A stretch of 64,000 bases of DNA from Christensenellales bacterium. Its GTDB lineage: Bacteria; Bacillota; Clostridia; Christensenellales; JBMNTT01. The stretch covers positions 94,832-158,831 of the forward strand of contig JBMNTT010000001.1 of NCBI GenBank assembly GCA_050945875.1, written 5' to 3'. The notes beneath the pieces were generated by a model that made no database searches, was not told the DNA's origin, and saw only the letters and a program-made list of their open reading frames with translations. This document shows, one piece after another, positions 10,583 through 20,291 of the stretch; positions within the stretch are counted from its first letter, which is position 1; the number at the start of each line of letters is the position of its first letter. A program made the translations under genes and the position numbers.

Positions 10583-11917
10583 TTACAGTTCCTCGTAGGC
10601 GACAACGCGCATCTGGCACGCCCGCTGGGAATCGTCCAGGCCCTGCCCATCGACCATGATCTCCCCCCGCTGGTTGTCGTAGGGGTCCTGCCGCCAGCCG
10701 GTCATCGGCGGGGTCAGGGGCGCGTAGAGGGCGCTGTTGGCTACCATGCGCCAGGGATCGAGGTTGCCAAAGTAATGCGCGCGGCGCTCCGGCTGCCCGG
10801 TGCGCCGGGCGGCGGAGCCGAAGGAGCAGTCCGCCCACAGCCAGCCGTGGGGCGCGATGTAGAACATCGCCCAGTCGTGGCAGCCCACGTCCGTGGGCTG
10901 GGCGTAGAGTCCGCTCTGCCAGCGGGCGGGGATGCCGCAGATGCGGCACAGGGTGATGAACAGGATCGCGAACACGCCGCAGTCCCCCCGCAGCTCCCGG
11001 GCGCACTGGTCGGCGATGCTCTCCAGCTGCAGATAGGCGGGCTGGAAGCGATAGTCCACATACCCGGTCACATAGTCGTAGATGGCCCGGGCCTTTTCCA
11101 CCGGCCCGCTACACCCCTGGGTGATGCGCGCGGCCAGGGCCTTGAGGTAGGGCGTGAAAACGATGTGGGGAGCCTGCTGCTCCACATCAAAGGTGGGCTG
11201 CACCGGGTCGGGCGTCAGGGTCATAGGGTCCACATACACCGCCCGATGCACATAGCGGTAGGTGACGGAGAACGCGTCCCGTCCCGCCGCCTGCCACCAG
11301 ATGGTGCGCTGGGGCGCGTCCTCGGGCGCGGGCACACCGCCGGGCGTGGCCTCGAGAATCTCGATCTCGCTCTGCTGGGGGCAGGCCGCCGGCAGGGGCA
11401 GCCAGGCCTGCACGTCCTTGCCCGCCACATCCGCCAGGGAGCGGATCGAGGCCTGGATGGTGATGCGCGCGGACAGCTCGCCTTGGGTGTGCATGCGCGA
11501 GAGCATCTCCTCCCGCGCGCGGTTGTCGGCCGCGCTCCGCCGCAGACCGGGGGCCTCCGCCGGGTACAAGCGAACCGACTCTAAAAAGCGGTCATGGCAG
11601 CGCAGCTGGCCGTCGATCATACGCCAGTCGATGCGGCCGTTGTCCAGCAGCGCGTCAAACTGCGCCTCGGTGCAGTCCGGCCACTCCGCCCGGATCATGT
11701 CCAGCGCCTGGGCCCGGGTATAAGGGTAGTCCCCCGGCAGGCGCTCCAGGCGCACCCGCTCCGCCCGCAGCCGGGGGGCCAGCTCAGGCTGGCGGCCCGA
11801 GGCGAGCGCCTGGTCGATCAGGCGCAGCGCGCCCTGCAAATCCCCCATGGCCTTGCGCCGGGCGATGGCCGGGGGCAGTTCGTCGATCAGATGGGCAAAG
11901 TCTTGGTTGTTCGTCAT
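10583..11917 (-). CDS. Transglutaminase-like domain protein (no signal peptide)
   Basis: GDCG, HDW and WAD catalytic triad pattern; AAGGAGG RBS before MTNNQ. Confidence 0.85.
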   Translation of the reverse strand: MTNNQDFAHLIDELPPAIARRKAMGDLQGALRLIDQALASGRQPELAPRLRAERVRLERLPGDYPYTRAQALDMIRAEWPDCTEAQFDALLDNGRIDWRMIDGQLRCHDRFLESVRLYPAEAPGLRRSAADNRAREEMLSRMHTQGELSARITIQASIRSLADVAGKDVQAWLPLPAACPQQSEIEILEATPGGVPAPEDAPQRTIWWQAAGRDAFSVTYRYVHRAVYVDPMTLTPDPVQPTFDVEQQAPHIVFTPYLKALAARITQGCSGPVEKARAIYDYVTGYVDYRFQPAYLQLESIADQCARELRGDCGVFAILFITLCRICGIPARWQSGLYAQPTDVGCHDWAMFYIAPHGWLWADCSFGSAARRTGQPERRAHYFGNLDPWRMVANSALYAPLTPPMTGWRQDPYDNQRGEIMVDGQGLDDSQRACQMRVVAYEEL

Positions 11918-11971
11918 GGATGATGACCTCCTTATTTTGCTGAGTATCGCGCAGCGTCTCAAAGGACCGCG

Positions 11972-13339
11972 TCACCGCCACAGGCCGCGGTAGGTCCAGC
12001 TGCCCAGGGTGTAACCGCCCTGCGCCCAGTCCGCCATGGCCAAAACCGGCAGCGCCTGCCCGGTTTTCGGATCGGTCAGGGTCAGGCGCAGGGTGTAGGT
12101 TCCCTCCGGCAAGGCGCTCACGTCGAAGGTGGTCTCGGTGCGCACCTCGGACGCGTCGGCCACCGCGGTCAAAGCCAGGTCCACCGGCTGCGCCGCCGCG
12201 GTCCGACCCTGCTCGTCCACCAGGGAGAGCTGCAGGCCGTAGGCGGCATAGCAGGGCGCGCGGCCCTCGTTGATCCAGGTCAGGGCGACGCCCAGTTGCG
12301 CCTGGGCGGGGTTGGGCAGCTTCAGGTCGGCCTGGGAAACCCGCAGGCGGCTGCCCAGCTGCGTCTGGGCCGCCAGCAGCCGCTCATCGGCGCGCACCGC
12401 CTCCCAGGCCGCATGATCCAAACGCACATAGGTCAGATGATCCTGGGCCAGCTGGTCGGCCAAGTCCTCGGGCGGCGCGCCGTACAGGCTGGCCGCCATC
12501 GGCGCGCTGCGCCAGGCCTCCGCCATGGGCGCCAGGGCGTGGGCCTCTCCGCTCTGCTCATCGGTTCCGCCCCGGGCCACCCGCTCGGCCCACCGCGCCG
12601 ACCGCGCGGCGTCGCCCATGGCGTCGTTGTACAGGCCCAAATGATACTCCCGCGCGCTCTGGTAGGGCTCGGCCAGGAGCAGCTGCGCCTGGCCGAAGGC
12701 GTCCCGGTAGGCGGCCAGATATTTCTCCCGCATGGCCTCGTTGGGCATCCACGGCTCGGCCTGCTCCCCCTGCCGCCAAGCGCCCCGATACCCCAGGGAG
12801 CCCACCTCCACATAGGCGACCGGATAGGGCGCCAGGCATTCCCCCAGGGCGGCGACGGCCTGGGCGTGGGCGTTGACCAGTTCCGGGTTGCCGTAATCCG
12901 GGCTGTACCCCTGGCCCGCGTCATTGTCGTACCAAACCCCATCCCCCTCGGTGCGCTTGTAGAGCCAATCGGGGATGTCCTTGTGCCGCTCGCCGCCGGG
13001 CAGGTCGCACACGAAGCGCACCACGATGGGTTTGCCCTCCTGCCGCCAGCGCTCCAGCTGATAGGTTTGGATCAAGCCCTCGGCGTCGTACGCCCCTTCC
13101 TGGGGCTCCCAGTCCCGCCAGGTGAGGGTCAGATGCACCAGGCCGGCCCCATCGGCATCCTCCCCCTCGGCCGGAACCGCCCATCCCGCCGCCGGGCGCT
13201 GCTCAGGCGCGGCGGCCTGCGGCTCGAAGCGCTCGTCATGGGTGACCAGATAGATCGCGTAAAACACAGCGGCAGCCGCGATCGCGCACAGGAAAAGCGC
13301 AAACACCGCACGCACGCCCCCGCGATGGGACGATGCCAT
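11972..13339 (-). CDS. Membrane-anchored glycoside hydrolase-like protein (DUF4874/DUF4832-like)
   Basis: N-terminal TM helix; WRDWEP..G.YD, DIPDWL, YSPDY, GSLG..GAW, W.NEG.APCY. Confidence 0.7.
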   Translation of the reverse strand: MASSHRGGVRAVFALFLCAIAAAAVFYAIYLVTHDERFEPQAAAPEQRPAAGWAVPAEGEDADGAGLVHLTLTWRDWEPQEGAYDAEGLIQTYQLERWRQEGKPIVVRFVCDLPGGERHKDIPDWLYKRTEGDGVWYDNDAGQGYSPDYGNPELVNAHAQAVAALGECLAPYPVAYVEVGSLGYRGAWRQGEQAEPWMPNEAMREKYLAAYRDAFGQAQLLLAEPYQSAREYHLGLYNDAMGDAARSARWAERVARGGTDEQSGEAHALAPMAEAWRSAPMAASLYGAPPEDLADQLAQDHLTYVRLDHAAWEAVRADERLLAAQTQLGSRLRVSQADLKLPNPAQAQLGVALTWINEGRAPCYAAYGLQLSLVDEQGRTAAAQPVDLALTAVADASEVRTETTFDVSALPEGTYTLRLTLTDPKTGQALPVLAMADWAQGGYTLGSWTYRGLWR

Positions 13340-13471
13340 TGCTCCACCTCCTGGGCGCATACGCCCGAATTTTGTCTGTCGCCTCCTAGTATACTCCGCA
13401 GGGCCGCCATCCCGCAACCGGGCATAGCGCGGCCGGGAAGGGATATACTATGGCAAAAAGGAGGAGACCGC

Positions 13472-14782
13472 ATGATGCAGACCCACCGAATCACCGATAT
13501 CACCGCCTGGGAGGTGCTCGATTCCCGGGGCAACCCCACCCTGCAGGCCCAGGTCGTCGTGGACGACGTCTATACCGGCAGCGCCATGGTGCCCTCGGGG
13601 GCGTCCACCGGCGCCTTCGAGGCCGTCGAGCTGCGCGATCAGGGGCAGACGCGCTACGGCGGCGCGGGGGTGCTCACCGCCATTGGGCACGTCAACGGCG
13701 AGATTCGCGACGCGCTGATCGGCATGCCTGTGATGGAACAGCGCGCCCTGGACTACGCCATGATCGCCCTGGACGGCACCGAGAACAAGGGCAAGCTGGG
13801 CGCCAACGCCATCCTGGGGGTCAGCCTGGCGGCGGCCCGGGCGGCGGCCGCGGCCCTGTCCATGCCGCTGTATCGCTACCTGGGCGGGGTGGGCAGCCAC
13901 GTATTGCCCGTGCCGATGATGAACATCATCAATGGCGGACGCCACGCGGGCAACAACCTGAGCATCCAGGAGTTCATGATCATGCCCGTGGGCGCGGAAT
14001 CCTTCAGCGAGGCGCTGCGCTGGTGCAGCGAGGTCTATCACGCCCTGCGGGACCTGCTGCGCCAGGGCGGGTACACCACCGCCGTGGGCGACGAGGGGGG
14101 CTTCGCGCCGGATTTCCGCGAGGACCGGGAGGCCATCGAGTTCATCCTGCGGGCCATCGGCCAGGCGGGCTTCGACTGCCAGAAACAGTTCCAGCTCTCC
14201 CTGGACCCGGCGGCCACCGAGATGTACGACGCGGCCAAGGAGCTGGGCCACGAGGACAGCTACTGCCTGTTCAAAACCGGGGATATCCTCACCCAGGAGC
14301 AGATGATCCAGATGTGGGCCGACCTGAAGCGCGAGTTCCCCATCCTGTCCATCGAGGACCCCCTGGCCGAGGAGGACTGGGTGGGCTATCAAAAGCTCTC
14401 CGAGCGGCTGGGCAAGCAGGTGCAGCTGGTGGGCGACGACCTGTTCGTCACCAACAAGGCGCGGCTGAAGAAGGGCATCACCCTGGGGGTGTGCAACGCC
14501 ATTCTCATCAAGGTTAACCAGATCGGCACCCTGACCGAGGCCATCGAGTCGGTGCAGATGGCCCAGCGGTGCGGCTACGGGGCGATCATCTCCCACCGCT
14601 CCGGCGAGACCGAGGACACCTTCATCGCCGACCTGGCCGTGGCCATGGGCACCGGGCAGATCAAGATCGGCGCGCCCTGCCGCAGCGAGCGGGTGGCCAA
14701 GTACAACCGTCTGCTGGCCATCGAGCGGGAGCTGGGCACCACTGGCCGGTACGGCCTGCCCGAGCTGCAGCGCTTCTACTGA
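13472..14782 (+). CDS. eno: Enolase (phosphopyruvate hydratase)
   Basis: [51 protein letters not shown]. Confidence 0.97.
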   Translation: MMQTHRITDITAWEVLDSRGNPTLQAQVVVDDVYTGSAMVPSGASTGAFEAVELRDQGQTRYGGAGVLTAIGHVNGEIRDALIGMPVMEQRALDYAMIALDGTENKGKLGANAILGVSLAAARAAAAALSMPLYRYLGGVGSHVLPVPMMNIINGGRHAGNNLSIQEFMIMPVGAESFSEALRWCSEVYHALRDLLRQGGYTTAVGDEGGFAPDFREDREAIEFILRAIGQAGFDCQKQFQLSLDPAATEMYDAAKELGHEDSYCLFKTGDILTQEQMIQMWADLKREFPILSIEDPLAEEDWVGYQKLSERLGKQVQLVGDDLFVTNKARLKKGITLGVCNAILIKVNQIGTLTEAIESVQMAQRCGYGAIISHRSGETEDTFIADLAVAMGTGQIKIGAPCRSERVAKYNRLLAIERELGTTGRYGLPELQRFY

Positions 14783-14942
14783 GGCCGGGGAGCCGGCCCG
14801 CGGCGGGGCCGCCCGAGCCGCTCTGCGCGGTCGGCCAGCGGGCTGGCTTCATTCGGTCCGACGGCAGTTACCAAATGATGGCGCTTCTCGCCGGGGGGCG
14901 CGGTGTGCTATAATGGCGGCAGTTCCACAAGGAGGTTCCGCC

Positions 14943-15362
14943 ATGGATTACGCCCGGTTTATCGACTATTTCAATCAGCATGACCGCTTCAGTGTCTCCG
15001 GCGGTATGCGCCTGACTCAGCTGGGCCTAGACGAGGCCGAAGTGCAGATGGACATGGACGGGGACAGCCTGAACTTCATGGGCACCCTGCACGGCGGGGC
15101 CATGGCCACCCTGGCCGACGTGGCCGCCGGCTGCGCCGCCCTGTCCCGGGGATATCTGTGCGTCACCCTGTCGGCCAACCTGCAGTACGTGCGGCCCGCC
15201 CGCAAGGGGCGGATCACCGCCCGCGCTCAGCAGATCCACCACGGACGCACCCTGGGGGTGTGCGAGGTGCGCATCTATGACGAGCAGGAACAGCTGCTGT
15301 GCACCGGCACCTACAGCCTGTTTCTCCGCTCCGAACCGGTTACGCTGCCCGAATCCGAATGA
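14943..15362 (+). CDS. PaaI family hotdog-fold thioesterase
   Basis: N..GTLHGGAMATLAD motif; AAGGAGG RBS. Confidence 0.88.
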   Translation: MDYARFIDYFNQHDRFSVSGGMRLTQLGLDEAEVQMDMDGDSLNFMGTLHGGAMATLADVAAGCAALSRGYLCVTLSANLQYVRPARKGRITARAQQIHHGRTLGVCEVRIYDEQEQLLCTGTYSLFLRSEPVTLPESE

Positions 15363-15392
15363 AAAAGCAGGCCTTGCGGCCTGCTTTTTCAT
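15360..15392. terminator. Bidirectional terminator
   Basis: AAAAAGCAGGCC-ttgc-GGCCTGCTTTTT. Confidence 0.8.
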
Positions 15393-16078
15393 CAGGAGCC
15401 ATCCTCCACATAGGTCATGTTGGGGTAAACCCAGCTGAGCAGTTCGTCGGTATAATGCCCGTCGAGGAAGACCTCGAACTGGTTGGCCGGCGGATGTCCC
15501 TCATGGCGCTGGGTCTGGCGGTTGACCGCCAGGGCGGAGATAGCGGTGTTAAAGAGCATGAACACGATCAGCGCCCAGGTCAGCGGCACGCCCCAGGACC
15601 GGGGAATTCGCTCGATCCACCGGCTCATGCGCGGATAGAAGTCCTTGATCCACAGCAGCCCCAGCACCCCCCAGAAGAAGGAATACAGCAGGGTAATGCG
15701 TCCGTTGAGGTTGAAGGGCATGTCGCTGTACTCCCAGGACACCGTGCCGAAGACCATCTCCTGCACGTAGCTGCACAGATACTCGAAGGAGCTGCCCAGC
15801 ACGAAACCCCCGACGAAGATCCACAGATCCCGCTTGTTGCGCAGCCAATACATCCCCAGGGTCATGATCAGCGCCCCGAAGCCGTACACCAGGTTGAACG
15901 GGCCGTAGATCAATCCGTTACGGCTCTGAAAGCGGAACTGGGTCACCAGGCACCAGAGTTCCTCCAGGATGACCCCCAGCACGCTGCCGATGAGCACAAT
16001 CCAGACCAGTTTGTAGAAATTCAACCCCCGGGCGAAGCTGTGGGTCTCCCCCAGCCGTTCAGGTTTGCTTCGTATCAT
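15392..16078 (-). CDS. Putative ABC transporter permease-like membrane protein (DUF1113/CmpB-like)
   Basis: GLIYGPF..VYGFG, EY, WEYS.MPFNLNGRI motifs; multiple TM helices. Confidence 0.8.
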   Translation of the reverse strand: MIRSKPERLGETHSFARGLNFYKLVWIVLIGSVLGVILEELWCLVTQFRFQSRNGLIYGPFNLVYGFGALIMTLGMYWLRNKRDLWIFVGGFVLGSSFEYLCSYVQEMVFGTVSWEYSDMPFNLNGRITLLYSFFWGVLGLLWIKDFYPRMSRWIERIPRSWGVPLTWALIVFMLFNTAISALAVNRQTQRHEGHPPANQFEVFLDGHYTDELLSWVYPNMTYVEDGS

Positions 16079-16655
16079 GGCACGCTCCTCGGCGCGCGGC
16101 GGACTGCTCGCGCGCCTGTTTAAATTTGTGGGCGAACACCGGCACATACAGCGCCGCGCTGAGCAGCAGCAGCGCCGAACAGACCGCCACCAGCAGCGTC
16201 TGCATCCAGGGCGGCATCTGCGGCAGGGCGATCAGCGCCACCAGGCCGACGTAGAGCGCCGCGGTGGACACCTTGCCGAACCACATCGCTCCGTCCAGCC
16301 GATTGCCGCTGGGCATGAGCAGCAGGTTGGCCACGCCCATGGCGCTCTCCTTGATCAGCAGGATGGCGAAGAGCGCCCGAGCCGGCGCAACGCGCATCAT
16401 CAGCATCAGCGCCAGGACCACCTGGGTTACCTTGTCGGCGATGGGGTCCAGCGCCTTGCCCCACTGGGTGACCATCTGGAACCTGCGGGCGATATAGCCG
16501 TCCAAAAAATCAGTGATCCCCGACAGGGCGATCAGCCCCATGGCGACCCAATGGCTGCCCTGCAGATACTGCCAGCAGATCACCGGCAGCAGCAACAGCC
16601 GCAGATACCCCAACAGGTTGGGTATGTTGAAGATGTCCCGCCAGCGCGTCCGCAT
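16059..16655 (-). CDS. CDP-alcohol phosphatidyltransferase (PgsA-like)
   Basis: [13 protein letters not shown]...[10 protein letters not shown] motif. Confidence 0.9.
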   Translation of the reverse strand: MRTRWRDIFNIPNLLGYLRLLLLPVICWQYLQGSHWVAMGLIALSGITDFLDGYIARRFQMVTQWGKALDPIADKVTQVVLALMLMMRVAPARALFAILLIKESAMGVANLLLMPSGNRLDGAMWFGKVSTAALYVGLVALIALPQMPPWMQTLLVAVCSALLLLSAALYVPVFAHKFKQAREQSAARRGACHDTKQT

Positions 16656-16800
16656 CCGGAGCCCCCCTTTCCGACCTGCGAGAATAGACGTATTAGGGCG
16701 ATTTTTGTTTCAAAAGCGCTCAGCTTGCAAAGGCGAGCTCCTATGCTATAATATGAGTAAGGATTTTGCGAAATCGCTCAAAAAGGATGGCTACATTGGC

Positions 16801-17685
16801 ATGAAGGGAATTATTTTGGCCGGTGGCGCGGGAACCCGCCTGTATCCGCTGACCATGGTCACCTCCAAGCAGCTGCTGCCCGTGTATGACAAGCCCATGA
16901 TCTACTATCCCCTCTCCACGCTGATGCTGGCGGGGATCCAGGATATTCTCATCATCTCCACCCAGGAGGACTGTCCCCGGTTTGCCCATCTGCTGGGGGA
17001 TGGCAGCCAGTTCGGCATCCGCCTCTCCTACCAGATTCAGCCCTCGCCCGACGGTCTGGCCCAGGCTTTCTTGCTCGGGGAGGCGTTCATCGGCGACGAC
17101 TGCTGCGCCATGGTGCTGGGGGATAACATCTTCTACGGCAACGGTCTGGGTCGACTGCTGCGCCAGGCCACCGATCGCGCCGAGCAGGGCGTGGCGACCA
17201 TCTTCGGCTACTCGGTGCCCGATCCGGAGCGTTTTGGCATCGTCGAGTTCGACGACGATTTTCGGGTGCTCTCGGTGGAAGAGAAACCCGCCCAGCCCAA
17301 GAGCAACTACGCCATCACCGGGCTGTATTTCTACGACCGTCGGGTCGTGCAGATGGCCAAGCAGGTGCGCCCCAGCCCCCGGGGAGAGCTGGAAATCACC
17401 GACCTGAACGCTTTGTACCTGGCCAGCGGCGCGCTGCAGGTCCAGCTGCTGGGCCGGGGCTTCGCGTGGCTGGACATGGGCACCATGGACTCGCTGGCGG
17501 AGGCCACCAACTTTGTCCAAATGGTCGAAAAGCGCCAGGGCATCAAGATTTCCGCACCCGAGGAGATCGCCTACAAGAACCGCTGGATCACCCGGGAGCA
17601 ACTGCTCGTAAGCGCCGAGCAATACGGCAAATCCCCCTACGGCGAGCACCTCAAGCGGGTGGCTGCGGGGCGCATTCGCTACTAA
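16801..17685 (+). CDS. rfbA: Glucose-1-phosphate thymidylyltransferase
   Basis: [41 protein letters not shown]. Confidence 0.97.
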   Translation: MKGIILAGGAGTRLYPLTMVTSKQLLPVYDKPMIYYPLSTLMLAGIQDILIISTQEDCPRFAHLLGDGSQFGIRLSYQIQPSPDGLAQAFLLGEAFIGDDCCAMVLGDNIFYGNGLGRLLRQATDRAEQGVATIFGYSVPDPERFGIVEFDDDFRVLSVEEKPAQPKSNYAITGLYFYDRRVVQMAKQVRPSPRGELEITDLNALYLASGALQVQLLGRGFAWLDMGTMDSLAEATNFVQMVEKRQGIKISAPEEIAYKNRWITREQLLVSAEQYGKSPYGEHLKRVAAGRIRY

Positions 17686-17700
17686 AGGAGACGATATTCG

Positions 17701-18258
17701 ATGAAGGCAACTCCCACAAAGCTGGCCGGCGTGCTGATCCTCGAGCCCCAGGTATTCGGCGATCATCGCGGTTGGTTCACCGAGACCTACTCTCAGCAGA
17801 AGCTGCGCGAGCTGGGCGTCGAAGCCCAGTTCGTCCAGGACAACCAGAGCTACACCGCCCGCAAGGGAACCCTGCGCGGATTGCACTTTCAAAACGATCC
17901 CATGGCCCAGGCCAAGCTGGTGCGCGTGGTGCGCGGGGCCGTGCTGGACGTGGCCGTGGATATCCGCAGGGGATCGCCCCAGTACTGCCAGTGGGTGGGC
18001 GTGGAGCTGTCGGCGGAAAACAAGCGCCAGCTTTGGATCCCTCGGGGCTTTGCCCACGGCTTCGTCACCCTGACCGACGATGTGGAGTTCGTCTACAAGG
18101 TGGACGCGCCCTACAGCCCGCAATTGGATCGGGGCGTCCGCTTCAACGATCCAGCCATCGGCGTGGATTGGGGCTTGGACGATCCGATTCTCTCGGATAA
18201 AGACCGCCAATCGCCGCTGTTGGCCCAGAGCGACTGCAACTTTGTCTATCGCCCCTGA
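17701..18258 (+). CDS. rfbC: dTDP-4-dehydrorhamnose 3,5-epimerase
   Basis: DHRGWFTE, FVQDN, LRGLHFQ, QAKLVRV, GFAHGF. Confidence 0.96.
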   Translation: MKATPTKLAGVLILEPQVFGDHRGWFTETYSQQKLRELGVEAQFVQDNQSYTARKGTLRGLHFQNDPMAQAKLVRVVRGAVLDVAVDIRRGSPQYCQWVGVELSAENKRQLWIPRGFAHGFVTLTDDVEFVYKVDAPYSPQLDRGVRFNDPAIGVDWGLDDPILSDKDRQSPLLAQSDCNFVYRP

Positions 18259-18266
18259 GCGCACAG

Positions 18267-18305
18267 AAAGCGCCGCCCACGATTGTGGGCGGCGCTTTTA
18301 TTTTT
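18267..18305 (+). terminator. Intrinsic terminator after rfbC
   Basis: AAAGCGCCGCCCAC-gatt-GTGGGCGGCGCTTTT plus T-tract. Confidence 0.85.
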
Positions 18306-18369
18306 CTGCGAGAAATCCCCGGAATGCATCAAAAAATCATTGCATGAATTGACAAACTGATATAATATA

Positions 18370-18391
18370 TAATCAACAGTTAATCAAAAAG
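18370..18391 (+). promoter_or_regulatory. Candidate IolR operator (tandem 11-mers)
   Basis: TAATCAACAGT TAATCAAAAAG resembles the B. subtilis IolR WRAYCAADARD tandem repeat and adjoins TATAAT hexamers. Confidence 0.7.
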
Positions 18392-18418
18392 CAGTCTAAA
18401 TCAAGGAAGGTGATGTCT

Positions 18419-19249
18419 GTGTCCCTGTGTACCGCGCAGGACCTGCTGCGGCGCGCCCAGGAGCGGCGTCAGGCGGTGGGCGCGTTCAACGTGGGCAGCA
18501 TGGAGATGCTGTTGGGCGCCGTCCAGGCTGCGGAGGCCGCCGATACCCCCATCATCTTACAGATCGCCGAGAAGCGCCTGGGGCACTCCCCCCTGCGCCT
18601 GATGGGGCCGATGATGGTCAGCGCAGCCCAGGCCTCGCCGCTGCCCATGGCGGTGCAACTGGACCACGGCAGCGACCCGGAGATCATTCGCCAGGCCCTG
18701 GAGATGGGCTTCACGGGCATCATGTACGACGGCTCGAGCCTGCCCCTGGCCGAGAACATCGCCAACACCCGGCGGGTGGTGGCCCTGTGCGCGCCCTACG
18801 GGGCCAGCGTCGAGGCCGAGATCGGCTCGCTGGGGGGCGGCGAGGGCGGTCCCGAGGGTCGCAGCGCGTACACCGACCCCGCCGAGGCCCGGGAGCTGGT
18901 CGCCCAGACCGGTTGCGACGCCCTGGCCATCGCCATCGGCAACGCCCACGGCCACTACAAGGGCAAGCCGCGCCTCAACTTCGAGGTGCTCGCCCGCATC
19001 CATGAGGACTTGCGCCTGCCCCTGGTGCTCCACGGCGGCACGGGCATCCCGGATGGGGATTTTCGCCGGGCCATCACCCTGGGCGTGTGCAAGATCAACA
19101 TCGCCACCGCCAACTTCGACGCCCTGACCCTAGGGGCCAAGGCCTACCTGGACCAAGCCCAGAGCCCGAACTACTTTGACCTGAACCAGGCCATGGTGGC
19201 CGGCGTAACCGAGAATGTGCGCCGCCACATCGACGTATTCAACAACTAG
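18419..19249 (+). CDS. iolJ: Class II aldolase, 6-phospho-5-dehydro-2-deoxy-D-gluconate aldolase
   Basis: VGAFN, LDHG, GNAHG, LVLHGGTG; first gene of the iol operon (start could be 18413). Confidence 0.8.
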   Translation: MSLCTAQDLLRRAQERRQAVGAFNVGSMEMLLGAVQAAEAADTPIILQIAEKRLGHSPLRLMGPMMVSAAQASPLPMAVQLDHGSDPEIIRQALEMGFTGIMYDGSSLPLAENIANTRRVVALCAPYGASVEAEIGSLGGGEGGPEGRSAYTDPAEARELVAQTGCDALAIAIGNAHGHYKGKPRLNFEVLARIHEDLRLPLVLHGGTGIPDGDFRRAITLGVCKINIATANFDALTLGAKAYLDQAQSPNYFDLNQAMVAGVTENVRRHIDVFNN

Positions 19250-19262
19250 GAGTGTGTTTGCC

Positions 19263-20279
19263 ATGCGGTATGTGAACTTCGACCCGAGCCGCCCGCTGGA
19301 CCTGATCCTGCTGGGTCGGGTGGCCATTGACCTGAACCCCGTGGACTACTACCAGCCCCTGACCCAGTGCACCACCTTCAAAAAGTATGTCGGCGGCTCC
19401 CCGGCCAACATCGCCGTGGGCCTGTCCCGCCTGGGCAAGAAATGCGGCTTTCTGGGCCGGGTGTCCGACGATCAGTTCGGCGACTTCTGCATCGAGTTTT
19501 TCCAGCAGGAGGGCGTGGACACCTCCCACATCCGCCGGGCTGAGCACGGCGAGAAGCTGGGCCTGACCTTCACGGAGATTCTCAGCGAGCATGAGAGCAG
19601 CATCCTGATGTACCGCAACGCCATCGCCGATCTGCAGCTGTGCGTGGACGACATCGACGAGGCCTACATCGCCAGCGCCAAGGCGCTGCTGATCTCGGGC
19701 ACGGCCCTGGCCGAGAGCCCCTCCCGGGAGGCCGCCCTGAAGGCGGTCATGCTGGCCAAGAAGACCGACACCCCCATCATCTTCGACATCGACTACCGCG
19801 CCTATAACTGGAAGAACCCCGACGAGATCGCCATCTACTACTACCAAGTGGCGCGGGAGGCCCGCATCATCCTGGGCAGCCGCGAGGAATACGACCTGAC
19901 CTGTGCGCTGATCGCCCCAGGGTTGGACGACGACGCCACCGCCGCCCACTTCTTTGGCCAGAACGCCCAGATTGTGGTCATCAAGCACGGCAAGCAGGGC
20001 TCCACCGCCCACACCGCCGACGGCGGCGAGTACGCCGTCAAGTCCTTTCCCATCAAGGCGCTCAAGAGCTTCGGCGGCGGGGATGGATACGCCTCGGCCT
20101 TCCTCTACGGCGTGTTCGAGGGATGGGAGATGTACGACTGCCTGGAGCTGGGCAGCGCCTCGGCCTCTCTGCTGGTGGCCAGCCACGGCTGCAGCCCCGA
20201 CATGCCCACGGTGGAGAAGGTTCAGGCCTTTATCAAAGAATGCAAGGCGACCTACGGCGAGATGGTCGCCCGGGCGTAA
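19263..20279 (+). CDS. iolC: 5-dehydro-2-deoxygluconokinase
   Basis: PfkB family; GRVAIDLN, YVGGSPANIA, FDIDYR, FGGGDGY. Confidence 0.93.
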   Translation: MRYVNFDPSRPLDLILLGRVAIDLNPVDYYQPLTQCTTFKKYVGGSPANIAVGLSRLGKKCGFLGRVSDDQFGDFCIEFFQQEGVDTSHIRRAEHGEKLGLTFTEILSEHESSILMYRNAIADLQLCVDDIDEAYIASAKALLISGTALAESPSREAALKAVMLAKKTDTPIIFDIDYRAYNWKNPDEIAIYYYQVAREARIILGSREEYDLTCALIAPGLDDDATAAHFFGQNAQIVVIKHGKQGSTAHTADGGEYAVKSFPIKALKSFGGGDGYASAFLYGVFEGWEMYDCLELGSASASLLVASHGCSPDMPTVEKVQAFIKECKATYGEMVARA

Positions 20280-20291
20280 GGAGGATAACAC

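Noticed and set aside
12296-13471. Apparent 392-aa N-terminal extension of enolase in the ORF track
   Set aside because: It overlaps the opposite-strand gene; a strong GGAGGAG RBS marks the real start at 13472.
16801-18258. rfbA-rfbC without rfbB/rfbD as a novel pathway
   Set aside because: Split rhamnose pathway genes are common; the partners are probably elsewhere.
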